Source: Monocercomonoides exilis PA203
Taxonomy: Eukaryota; Protista; Preaxostyla
Reading direction: 5' to 3'
Assembly (NCBI GenBank): GCA_001643675.2
Contig: LSRY02000062.1
Span: 186,001-250,000, forward strand
DNA: 64,000 nt
The position numbers and the translations under genes are program-made. Below, in pieces: positions 53,025-64,000 of this stretch. How positions within the stretch are numbered: the first letter of the stretch is position 1; each line of letters opens with the position of its first letter. The notes beneath the pieces are model-generated. The model was not told the origin of the DNA. It did no database searches and worked only from the letters and a program-made list of their open reading frames with translations.

Positions 53025-54089
53025 ATATATATAAGCCGAATTGTTCGTTGAAATTTTGATCATCTGTGGAATAAGAAATATCTTTCCCTCAAAATAAATG
53101 CCATTAAACATAAATATGATTGAAGATGGGCAAGTGGAGTAGATCCTGGTACCAATTTGATCATTTCCCACAATGAAAAATAAAAAAGTGATAGTTTTGT
53201 TTGTATTTATTCTTTTTTCATAAACATTAAAGAAATGTACTAAAAGATTGAATGGGAAAATTATTCAATTGATTCCATCCATTCGGTTGAGTTTTCACCA
53301 TTGCTAACACTTGGAGAATTAAATTGCATTGTTATTACGCTTTCATCTGTGTCTGAATCCGTTGATACTGTCTCATCTTTAAATTCTTCCAGGTTTGTGC
53401 ATTTTTCTAATTCTTCAATGTATTCTGTTTTTCTGTGTTTAACAGAGTTGTTGATAAGTTGATCATAAAAAATTTCATAATGTCTCAAATATATGAAAGA
53501 CCAAAAATATTCCTCAAAGTTTTGGTATCGCGCTCCTGTTTTCGGCATTGGACGGAAAAGGAATGACTACGCTCCTTCTATTAAATTTGTTGTTTCACCA
53601 TCTTCATTTTTGGATCCTTCAGAATGATTAACAACCAAATGAATGTTGCAAAATTGTTTCAGTGTTCTATATGCGCTCCAGTCATCAGATACAATTGTTG
53701 TTCCAGGTTTTAAAATAAAATGAATGAGAGGAATGAAAATATTTTTTGTACTTTTTTTAACAAAACGAGCAACCATTCTATGTTTTCCATCGGTCTTTTT
53801 TCTTTCAAACACACATTATAGCCAAATCGACTTTTTTGTTTCCCTATTATTAAGAAAAAAATTTAACAGAAATTTTTTTTAAATCATCATGAAACCGCAA
53901 TATAAATTTCCTTTTGCGCAAAAATGATTCGTCATTTTCAACAACCTCGTCAATTCTCCCAATTGGTTGCTGATTTCAGAGAAAGATGGTAGATGATGTC
54001 CTTCCAATTGCTGGATAACAAAATGTTACAGTATCCCTATCGATTCAATTCATCAAAGATGTTTGATGAAACTTCAAATTGTACCAATA

Positions 54090-55098
54090 CACCAAAAATT
54101 ATTCAACATCGAAAAACTTTAATTCAACATCGAAAATTATTATTTAAAATCGAAAAACTTTAATTCGAAATCGAAAAAGTTCAATTCGAAATCGAAAATA
54201 TTTAATTCAACATCGAAAAAGTTTAATTCAAAATCGAAAAAAAAGTTAATTAGTTCAGAATTTCAATTAAAGTCAAAACCCAGGAAATTTTATTGACGCA
54301 AATGTTTATAATTGCAAATGTTTATTTATTGGAAATGTTTTTCTTTCGTTTTTAACAACTGTTTTCAACGATATAGACTGATGTCAATCGATTCTTTTCT
54401 CTTTTTGAAGATTGAAAATGTTTTATTGTATCAGTTTCCAATGCAATATATGAATTCAAAACATTTCGTATTCAATAAATGAGATGAAATTCTGTCTTTT
54501 TGTGCACAAAACAAGATCGTGAACTATCCTATCATTTTTATTTTTTTCTTAAATTCCTTGTAATCTCCTGAACACATGTGAAGAGTTTAATTATAATTCA
54601 GTTTTATCCTATATCCACTATTTCACACAACCTAAAACCAAAAAAACATCAAAAAATGTTTTTCTAATTGAAATTGACAAATTTCTCAGATCAATAACTG
54701 AAAGAAAAGAAACTGACATGAATATGTCATAATTTTTTTTGAAAACTTCCTTTTGTTTATTTTTCGAATAAAGAAAAAATTTTATATTTCGATCAAATTT
54801 CTGTTCCCACTTATGAAACTTCATTTAAAATAAAATAATAACATTGTCAAGATTGTGTTTTCATGACAGCAAAATTTGGTGATTGGGAACAGAAATTTGA
54901 TCGAAATATAAAATATTTTCTTAATTCGAAAAATAAACAAAAGGAACTTTTCAAAAAAATTTTGACATATGAATTTTTAATTTTTTTTCGTATTTTTTCA
55001 CGACAAAAAATTTTCGATGTTGAATTATATATTTTCAATTTCGAATAATAATTTTCGATCTTGAATTAAACTTTTTCGATGTTGAATAATTTTTGGTG
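54090..55098. mobile_element. Non-autonomous TIR element (1009 bp) with CACC...GGTG ends, TA target duplication and ~20-bp subterminal tandem repeats
   Basis: TA|CACCAAAAATTATTCAACATCGAAAAA at 54088 and its reverse complement ending GGTG|TA at 55100. AATTCAACATCGAAAA-type repeats: ~7 left, ~4 right. Excision restores the Merlin reading frame. Confidence 0.88.
54726..54966. mobile_element. Second fold-back MITE (241 bp), diverged relative of the 52786 element, nested in the TA element
   Basis: Arms ~54726-54809 and ~54884-54966 are near-perfect reverse complements, with ATAT on both flanks. The arm aligns with the 52786 arm. Confidence 0.8.
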
Positions 55099-55603
55099 TA
55101 ACTTAATAGAATCAATTTGATGTGATTAATTATCAACTTGGAATATTCAAAAACTGTGTTTTTTCGTATGGACCATCGTTTCTTACAAAATGAACTTTAA
55201 ATCGACTGGGAATTTCATACATGTTCAAAACATAAACATCCGAACCATCATAGGTGCATTTTTTTAAAGAGTCCATTTTCCCTCATGTTAATAACCATAC
55301 CAATGTTTCTTTTTCGTTTGCAATCATTTTCAGTAATTGCTGAATGCTTATTTTAGTCATGATCGTAATTTGCTGATGTTGAGCCATCTGAGTTGCTAAA
55401 ATGGAAAATATGGGGCAAAATTTTTTCATTTATGTGAAAAACAACTATCTGTTCTAAACTTTTACTCAAACCTTATCGTTATTAGTCTTTCATTACCATT
55501 TCAAAAAAATACTGAAAAATTCAAAAATTGAGAAAAATATTTGTTTGTATAGAATGGAACAAAATTTATAAAGCAAAATATTTCGTTAAGCCTTTGCGAC
55601 ATA

Positions 55604-58600
55604 CAGACTCTGTCAAATTGATTCGACAATTTGACCGACAATGAAATTCATAACTCTTTTAAGTATCATTAATTTGGAAAATTTAAAAAAATTGGTTAAC
55701 ATTTTATTTCAAATATTTTTTTAGCTCTATTTTATTTTATGAATGACTAAAATGAATAATAAAACACGAAAATGCAAAAATATTTTTTTATTGACGAATC
55801 GACAGATCTTTTCGACTTGATCATGTCTAGATCAGTCTGTCTGTTGAGATCAGTCGGTTTGTCGAGATCATTTGAAAAAAGAGTGAAATGACTAAAAATG
55901 ACTTTATCAAAGAATTGCGGATTGAATTGCAAAGATGCATGTTAGCAAAAAATATTGTTTGGCAATCTCATTTTATCCCAGCATGTATAATTATTTATTT
56001 TTTAATATGATTCATCTTTGCAGCTTGAAGCGTTTGAAAGAAAAGTTGAGGAATTAAAGAACAATGAATGCACTTTCGTGGAATTATTAAGAACAAATAT
56101 ATAAAGCAGTGGAAATAGTATGTTTCTTATTAAATATAACTCAGATTAATTTACATTTTTCTGCTTTAAAACAAGTCTACAAACACCCAAACAATACTGG
56201 AGAAGAAATTGGAAAAATTCATTTTGAAACATGTAATGGAAAGCTTTGGCTGGCATATACTCCTGTCAAGACAGATGGATCTCTTAAAAAAGATGGGCAT
56301 ATTTATTACTTGTGTCCACACAGCAAACAAGGAATCAATTGTGCCATCTCCGGACGAAAAGGATGCGATGAAGTTGTGAATCATCGATGCGCATTGACAA
56401 CTGCATCAACGATTTTACCATATTTCAAGTTTCATCCATCTTCAAGATTGTCTGAAGCGTCAGCAAAGATAATTGTTCCAACTCATTTTCAATTTGATTC
56501 GTTGGTTGAGTAATATTTGCATTTAATTGGTCATTGCAACATTGCTTTTCTTTCTGCTTACTCCAATGAATTCAATAAATTTATATCTTCATTAATAATT
56601 GTATCTCAACATAATCCATCTCTTTCACCTACAGCCATATTTCCAACTCTCACATATTGAAAGCTGACAGCACTTATTCAAGAAGAAGGAAATAAAAGAA
56701 TTTCTGAACGAAATGCAAAAATATTCAATTCAATGGTTGCCGTAATGATGGACGGAGGGATAGTTGCTGGAAAAAAATACACTGTCATCACTATTGTTCA
56801 GTTACAGACAAAGGCATCTCCATTTTTCTGGAAAATTGAAAAGGCTTGCTTCACAACTTCCGATTATTTTCATAATGCAAATGAAATTATTACAGAAATA
56901 GCTGATTTGAAAGGAGAGGTTCGCTGCTTTTGTACGGATGGCTTGCTGCCACAAAAACTCGCAATTCAAAGCTTCACAGATCAAACAAAGTCGACCTCAA
57001 TCACAGTGACACGGAAAATAATTTCACCTCTATTTATTAACTGCTGCAACCATTTGATTTATATAATTGTCACACGCCTATTTAAGGATAATTCATTTTT
57101 CGTACAATTAAAAGAAGAAATAACGTCATTTTCAAAAATTTCCAGAAACGAGTCCACGAAAAATCTATTTTTACCGATATGCCCTTCATTCATTGAAACA
57201 AAATGGCTATGTCTTTTTGACACATGTTTTTTTATTACGAAAAAAATATACATAATACGTCATTTACAGATTTTTTATCCAAAGAAAAAATTGATGATGT
57301 GATCCGATGTGAATTATGACTTACACCTTTGAAGCAACTGCAATTGTTCTTTGAAAAAGACGATACAAAGCTTGGAGATGTGTTTCCTTTTATCCTGAAA
57401 TCAATTGCGCAATACATGTGGTAGCAAGATCTTGAGGAATTTTCTTCCCCCGATTGGCAATATGGAGTTTGCTTTTTTGTAATCCAACTGTTCAATTCAT
57501 TTTTAGGGAAAGAACGAGGAGATCAAATCGCTTTGGCTCATTCCTTAACTCCAATTGGTACACTTGACTATAGAAACGGTTTGTTTTCGAAGTCTTATTC
57601 AACAGAACTTATGATATTAAAAGAAAAATACAGGCTATTCAAATGTTCATCTGCATTTTCAAAGGATTCAGATCAAACTCAAATTCAAAGGATGCGTTGC
57701 GACACTTCTATTCAATCCACAAAAGATATTATACCAAGTTACTCTGTCTTTCTTTGTCCTTCTAAAGAAATTCCAAATACTGTGTTTACAAAGAATCAAC
57801 AGAAAAAGTTACGAACACTTTCTCATGTAATGGAAGATAAGAACAGCGAAAATGGATTTTTTACAGGCAAACAATATGCTCTTTCATTTTTTTCGAAGAA
57901 TGAAAAAATAAATTTTCCAATTAATTTTCCTCACCCAATATTCTCTTCTCCGTTATCGGTTGAGACTTTTTATTCTGCTCTCCAACTTATAAGCCCAGAA
58001 AAAGATAAAACAGCAGAAGCAATTACCGAAACACAAGTTCAACTTCAGCCGCTTCCAAAAGATTTGCACTCCATATCATCGACTTTACCAATCTATACAC
58101 CAAACAACAGTTTGCTGCATTTATTAACTCCTTTGACAGAAAATTCACTTATTGAATAAGAAGCAATTTCAAATGAAGATGAAAACCTCTATGAAATTGA
58201 TTTCGACGAAGCAGGCATTATTCAAGCAGAAAATAATGCAGCTGATGATGAATTCTAGGTTCTTTCTCCTTTTTGTGTAGGAAGTGAGTAAGAGTCATCA
58301 TTTTTCGATACAAAAAAAAAAAAAAAACATACACAACTTGAAGATCATGACATGCAATCAAATTCAGCTGAAAAAAAGGAAGACAAATGCTCAGATAATG
58401 TTGAAAGCACTTCAGAAGATGACAAAGACGTAGAGGAACTTGGTGCAAATGAATTTCCAGTCATTGATAGAACAATGTCAGAAGAACAAATCAAGAAATC
58501 TCTATTCAAAATCCAACAAACAATCAGTATGGATTGGTTTCTCAGATTAAAGTCAGCATTCAATGATTATCTTTCTAAAATTTCATGTCTGAAGGCTTCT

Positions 58601-58870
58601 TGCCATATTGATAGCCTCAACGCTTTCTTTTCTTCAATTTTCCTGGACAACTTTCTGCACGTGGAACATCAAAATTCTCAAGTTTTCTATTCTGAAATCA
58701 GCAAACAAGGAATCACTCCTATAATTTTTGCCAACATTTGCTATTCTTTAACAATGTTTCCCTGCAGCGAAGCATCTTGCGAGAGAATTTTCTCTCGCTT
58801 AAGACGAATTATTGGAGACAGAAGGTACTCACTTGCACCAGAAACACTTAATGCATTGCTTCTTTTATAA
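55604..58870 (+). mobile_element. Decayed hAT-superfamily transposon (transposase pseudogene)
   Basis: VAVMMDGG, CFCTDG, INCCNH (CxxH), IETKW and the C-terminal dimerisation motif PCSEASCERIFSRLRRIIGDRRYSLAPETLNALL. Fragmented by stops and frameshifts. The left end may be CAGACTCTGTC at 55604. Right TIR not found. Confidence 0.85.
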
Positions 58871-59789
58871 AGGAATCTTTTTGAAGATTAAATGATTTGA
58901 AAGGAAAAGCAATCTTTTAACTTTTCAGTGATGAATTCTGAGGAATGTGTGAAACCTGATAATAATGCCTTCAAAATATTGCAGTTTTTTGAACAACGTT
59001 TGGAATTTTTTCTCTATTAATTGTTTTTAAATTGACATTTAATATTTAACATCAATTTTGTTATTAAGCAATAAAGAAGAAGACAAATGAGTTGCAAAAA
59101 CAAGGCATGCTTAATTTTTTTATTGTATCATCTGAAGACTGTGAATGAATGCTTGAAAATATATTTATTTATTTAAATAAAATAATCTTCTTAGCTTTCA
59201 GTTGCTATTCATCCAAATCGATGCGTTCAACAATGTTCGTGGAACTTTCGTTTCGAATTCGAACGTTTTTCATTCTTCTGAATGACGAGTGATTTTTAAA
59301 GCTGATAATAATTGCTGTTAACCATGTATTTTCTGAAATATTGAATTTTTTCATTTTACCAAATCAAATGAATGTTTATTTGCAATAAATAACACTTTTG
59401 TTCATTCAGTTTTGTTATTTTTGTGTATTAATCTTCGCAGTATGTTTCAATTGTTTATTGATGTATATATATGTGCAATTATTATTTTCAATGTGTGAGA
59501 ACAATTGAATAAGAATTAATGTCAGAAAGCATGAGAAAAAAATAATAAGAACATTTCTAAGTTCGAAAGAAAGATAGGAAAATATGTCTTTTGTTCGATT
59601 ATTCTCACCAAAGAAGAAAATTCACCAGGAGATGTCATGTTGATGGAAAAGGTGTGCTGTTATTGATACAAATTAATAATAAATAACAATAAAAATAATA
59701 AAGAAAGAAAATAAAAAACAATTTTTTGATAACTGTCGAAAATGACATAACTCTTTTGACATTATTCGTTATTTTGAAATATCAGTTCC

Positions 59790-60810
59790 CTCTGTTATCT
59801 CGCAACCATCTCAAGAAACGGCTCATCAGTTACTATCTTCTTTGGTTTTTCTCCGTATCGCATCTCCAGCTACCTGTATTACACACCCCCAAACGGAATT
59901 TTCAGCGTCAAGCATTCCCACAGCATCATCTTGATCGAAAAGGCAACAGATTCCTTTGTTGCCCCCATCTTCTTGTTGATCAGCAGCTCGGGTGCCTTCC
60001 ACCTCAGACACTCTTTTTTGAAATCTTCCTCATCCTCAAAGGCTGATGAGGGCAGAGAGTCATCATCGTCGTCATCGTTTGCAGATGTCACAACAGTTGA
60101 TGAAGAGATGGATGATGAATCCGAATCATCTGAAGAGGAGTCAGAGTGCATCGCTATGCAAATGACCATGTGCTCAGAGAACAACACAATGTGAGGACTC
60201 AAATTGTCCAATGATTGGAGTGGATTTTCCATTTCGTCAAATGAATGAAGAGCTCCATTGGTTACCCAGAACATGATTTGTGAAGCAGTTATCATTCTTT
60301 CTTCCAGCGGACCTATCGTCATCTCCTTTGTATTATTCCTCCCATGAAGCAGCATGAACAGTGAATCTTTCAGATCCACAATCATCTTTTTATGAGGCGA
60401 AGAACAAAATATTGAATCAACTAAGTTAGACATGGAAGAAGAAGTTGGACACAGATCCTCCCCAAGAACAAATGTTGTATCTGTGTCTGTTGTTGAAGTG
60501 GATGAGATAGAAGGTGAGGGAGTTTGTTTCCTTGTCTCTTCCTCCTCTTCCTTTTCTAAAGCCCAATCAGGAATCTTATCTGAATCTTTCCCCAGAACGT
60601 ATTCTGTCAATCCGCTCTCACTCAACGAATGTTTTTATGTCTCTGAATGAATAACTTTTTTCTCACATATTCTCTGCGATTAATTCATTTTTTTTCCTTT
60701 CTTCATTGTTCTCCTTTCTCTTTTGAAACTTTTCCAGCATCATCTCCATCGATACCAGCTCATACAGCTTTGGACCTACTCTTTTGATCCAAAACTCATT
60801 CATTTTCTAA
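59790..60810 (-). pseudogene. Fragment of a divergent protein-kinase-like gene (C-lobe only)
   Basis: ASQIMFWVTNGALH, NLSPHIVLFS and CLRWKAPELL...VAFSIKMMLWECLTLKIPFG. Truncated by a stop at 59879, with no intact N-terminus. Confidence 0.7.
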
Positions 60811-61983
60811 CCCGATATTCATACAAAGGCATTTTTTCAACAAACAGTTAACAAATAAAAATTTTAAAGTACATACGACATAGTCAATACAATATTTTTT
60901 TAACACTTTCCCAAATCAACATAAATATCTTCTTGTTTAAATTTTTCTTGAACAAGCTTGATCGAAATTTCTGTCGTTTACAAAGAACGAAAATTTAACA
61001 ATCAATTGACTTTTCAAACCAGTTTATTAATAATACTTATTCTGGAATATCAGATATTTGAAAAATGAGTCAGCAACTGAAAGCTACACTGATTTTTTGA
61101 AAAATATTTCTATTGTTTGCAAAAAAATATAATAACAAGAATTAAGTTAGACTAAATCCGTGAAATAATTAAAAAAATAATTAACAATAAAGAATATATC
61201 TGGAAATAACGAAACAATTCTTAGAAAATCAGAAACAAAACTTAAAAGTGCGATCTTTTTTCGTGAAAAACTTTCGAGATTTTTTATCTTAAAGTTTGAA
61301 GATTCATAAAATCAAAGCAACCAATTTCAAAATTAATTTGATTGCGTTTGTTCTGTTTAACTGATGATAATTACAATTATGCATAACAATAGAGATAAAA
61401 TAAAAATAATATCTTATTTGAAAAATTTTAAGATAATATAAAGACAAAGACGATTTATGATCAAGATTGCAGATTAACAAAGTACATACAGTTTGTTCAC
61501 AGAAAAACAGAGTGCAAACAAAGCCTGACAGAGTTATTCCAGGAAAAACATTTTGATCTATCCCTCAATTCAATTTGACATCAGAACAATCAAAATAATA
61601 GTGAAAAAAATATTGAACTATTTTTTTGAATATAAAGAATTAATAATTTTCAATTATTTATTTCTGAAAAAAAGTACCCAATCAAAAAACAATCTATTCT
61701 TATTAATTAGAAGTTTGTCAACATTCCTATGCAAATTCGACCGACTCAATTCACAAAAAATTTAATTGTCACAAAGGATTATATTTCGTTTCATATTTTG
61801 AATGTTTCAAAATAAAATTTGGAACATAATCAATTTGTTTCAGGATCTCCACTTGTCAGAAAATATGGTTTTAGAAAAGAATTTATTATCAATGAATTAA
61901 TTTTAATCTCTTTATTTTTTCAATGACTATGATTTGTTCATCACTAATCTGACTTTTAAAATAATTTTGGTTGCGATTAAATT

Positions 61984-62573
61984 TTCGCGGAGAAAAATCT
62001 ATCTACAACACCTCTTTATTATGGGAGTGAGCTCTGCATTATGGGCTCAGCCGGTCACAAAAGTGATGTGTTCAAATGGATGAAGTGTTAAAATAACATA
62101 ACAATAAATATATTCTGTGCCTAATGGCTTACTGAGGTGTTGTAGCGTTTGGCAGTTGTCGAAGGCTCGGCTTGGGAAGTAGTTTTGGCATTTTGTAAAC
62201 GGCGCTCGATTTAGGTATCGGCAATAGCGCACGGCTATCAGCACAGGCTCTTTGTATTGGCTAGATGTATTCGTTCTTGGTATTACTTTGGAGTGGCTTT
62301 ATCTTTGGCTTGGTCTGTTGATTTTTAAAATAATATCTGTGTTATTTTGACTCAATTTATCTCTTCGTCTTTCTTTCTCCTTGAATATCTCTTGCAATAT
62401 TCCAGGTTGTGAATTATTATTTAAAGGTCTTGGGTTGGGGAAAAAACGGGGAATGATTGGACCTTATCAGTTTAGTGAGGTTTTATTTCTTGAAAACACG
62501 AAGTGTGAAGCGGAGGGAGGAGCTATGCTCTGGGAGTGAAAAGAGGTGTTGTAGATAGATTTTTCTCCGCGAA
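61984..62573. repeat. Perfect 34-bp inverted repeat pair (61984-62017 / 62540-62573)
   Basis: TTCGCGGAGAAAAATCTATCTACAACACCTCTTT and its exact reverse complement. Confidence 0.95.
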
Positions 62574-62948
62574 TTAAAGTACAAAGAATTTATATTCTGA
62601 ACGAAAAACTGTTATATTTAATACCTCTTTATTTAATGAGTGTTCGTTATTAGACAAATCATTGTTTTTGTTTGTCTTGATGCATTTAATTGTCCCCTAA
62701 GTCTCGGATCCTTTTTCGGTCTTCTCTGATTCTAAATCTTTCTTCTCTCCAGTCTCCTTATCCTTTGGTTCTTCAACGCTTGAAGGAAATATAACTGTTT
62801 GACTTGTCTTCGTCAAGAGGATCGTTTGTTGTGGAAGAGGAATTGAAGGCAGTGCTTATGAAGGTGAATGGTATTGTTGATATATTCGAGAGGTTTGAAA
62901 GATAAATATTTGGAGACCATACATTCTGGTAGTTGTTTTCTGTTTCAT

Positions 62949-64000
62949 TCAAAAGGAAATTCTTTTTATTTGCTTGGAAAAGCAGATTTTCTCAATAATT
63001 GTGTCTTCTTCCCATCGTGAACTATTTTCCTCTGGGGCAAGGAGCGCGCGGGCCATCCGGTTTGCCAGGTTCGCTTTGTAGAATGATCTGGACGGAGTAT
63101 GAGCAGTTGTTGATAGGCGTGCGTGCTTGGCGATGCAAACCTCCGCGATACCACTTGATGCCAGCTTGGATATCGATGCATGCTTTATTGTGTATGGTCT
63201 GTATTCCTCAGGAACTCCTGCTTTCCGCAAACCCATTCAAGCAAGTGTTCTTATCCCCTTTGCGGTTAACGGTGTATGGTGCGTTGTATTGAGAAGGAAC
63301 TTATCTCTATTTTCATACGTTGCTTTGACTCTCTCCCAAAGGGTGTGAATCGCTCTTGCAGGACATATTCGTTTGTGAACATCCTCTAGGCATGGAACAG
63401 TAATGTATTCCCTGGATCTGGAAGTCTTAAGTCTTGTGGATAGATAAATCGCATCATTTTCGAATATTGAGTTAGCCATTGATATCTGCTCAAGCTCATG
63501 GAATCGACATGAAGTGAACAGCATAACCAGCAAAATGCACTTCACCGTCAGGTCAAAAAAAGAAAGATACTCGTTCAGCCCGTAGTTCTCGTAATATGAC
63601 AGCACAATGCCGGGGCTCCACATCTTTGTGTACGGCTTTCTATGTGTTTGGGAAAAAGAAAACGATCTGAATATTGTGCTTATTAAACTAACTTTACTCA
63701 AGTCCTTACCATATCCCGTCTTGGAAAAGAGTGAAATCGCTGACCTTGTGGCACACAGGCATGAATATTTACCACCTTTGTCTCTCATGGATAGAAGACA
63801 ATTTGCACAATCCATTGACCATTCATCGAAATATTTCGGGAACGGACCCAGTTTCAACTCTTCCCATTCTCTGCTGAAGTGTGCAAAGCCAAAGGTGTAT
63901 TGATTCCATGTGGACTTTGCTATGCTCTCCTTCGTAACGGAAATGATCCTATCTGGGACTCCGCAGATCCTGAGGCTTTTCCACCACCATTCTTCTCCAA
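62949..64000 (-). pseudogene. Tyrosine recombinase (DIRS-type) with in-frame TGA at 63237-63239
   Basis: SAM-like SIAKSTWNQY, ATRSAISL, KPYTKMWSPGIVLSY, LVMLFTSCRFHEL, RLKT, ICPARAI, GLRKAGV, PYTIKHASIS and SFYK. ORFs 63237-63857 and 62949-63236 are contiguous and in frame. Confidence 0.88.

Larger units (their letters stand above)
53261..55400 (-). pseudogene. Merlin/IS1595(ISXO2)-family transposase relic, interrupted by a nested insertion
   Basis: FCKKRWSIRKNTVFEYSKL, IGRIDEVVENDES, LKPGTTIVSDDWSAY and HLVVNHS...TTNLIEG match the IS1595/Merlin DDE pattern. Multiple stops. TIRs not found. Confidence 0.85.
61984..64000 (-). mobile_element. 3' part of a DIRS-like tyrosine-recombinase retroelement (continues beyond the window)
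   Basis: Phage-integrase-type YR ORF followed by a terminal region with a 34-bp inverted repeat pair, as expected for ICR and right-end complementarity. RT/RNase H are not visible in the window. Confidence 0.7.

Noticed and set aside
54090-54240. ~20-bp tandem repeats resembling a CRISPR-like array
   Set aside because: No unique spacers, a eukaryotic context, and the repeats are mirrored at 55010-55098 as subterminal repeats of a TIR element.
61520-61760. TGACAGAGT and TTCGACCGAC motifs resembling the hAT left end
   Set aside because: The matches are too short and there is no 8-bp TSD, so they cannot define a right TIR.
1-64000. Alternative genetic code (TAR=Gln) or TGA recoding
   Set aside because: Intact genes end in TAA or TGA, long ORFs have no internal stops, and in-frame stops occur only in decayed elements or one damaged gene.
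1-64000. tRNA, rRNA or other structured RNA genes
   Set aside because: None recognised by eye. tRNAscan-SE and Infernal would be needed to exclude them.

Overview
Eukaryotic nuclear DNA using the standard genetic code: short AT-rich GT-AG introns, very AT-rich intergenic DNA, and proteins full of poly-Ser and Lys/Glu low-complexity tracts. The style, and a kinase-like fragment of the 'ECLRWKAPELL...MMLWECLTL.IPFG' type, point to an oxymonad such as Monocercomonoides; this is an inference with no database check. Bases 1-51.8 kb are gene-dense: POLD2, a C2/MAP10-like gene, an SGF29-like double-Tudor gene, an ATG18/WIPI-like propeller, an ARM-like gene, a PA28 proteasome activator, a ~5000-aa protein with two UBR-box-like fingers plus ankyrin repeats, a diaphanous-type formin and a damaged hypothetical gene. 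This part also holds one intact and one decayed pogo/DDE_1 transposon that share an intron position. Bases 52.7-64 kb are a transposon graveyard. It contains a family of ~240-bp fold-back MITEs, a Merlin/IS1595 transposase relic with a two-level nested insertion, a hAT relic and a kinase fragment. It ends with the 3' end of a DIRS-like tyrosine-recombinase element that has a non-canonical catalytic box and lies beside a 590-bp segment bounded by perfect 34-bp inverted repeats. All exon and intron calls were made by eye.
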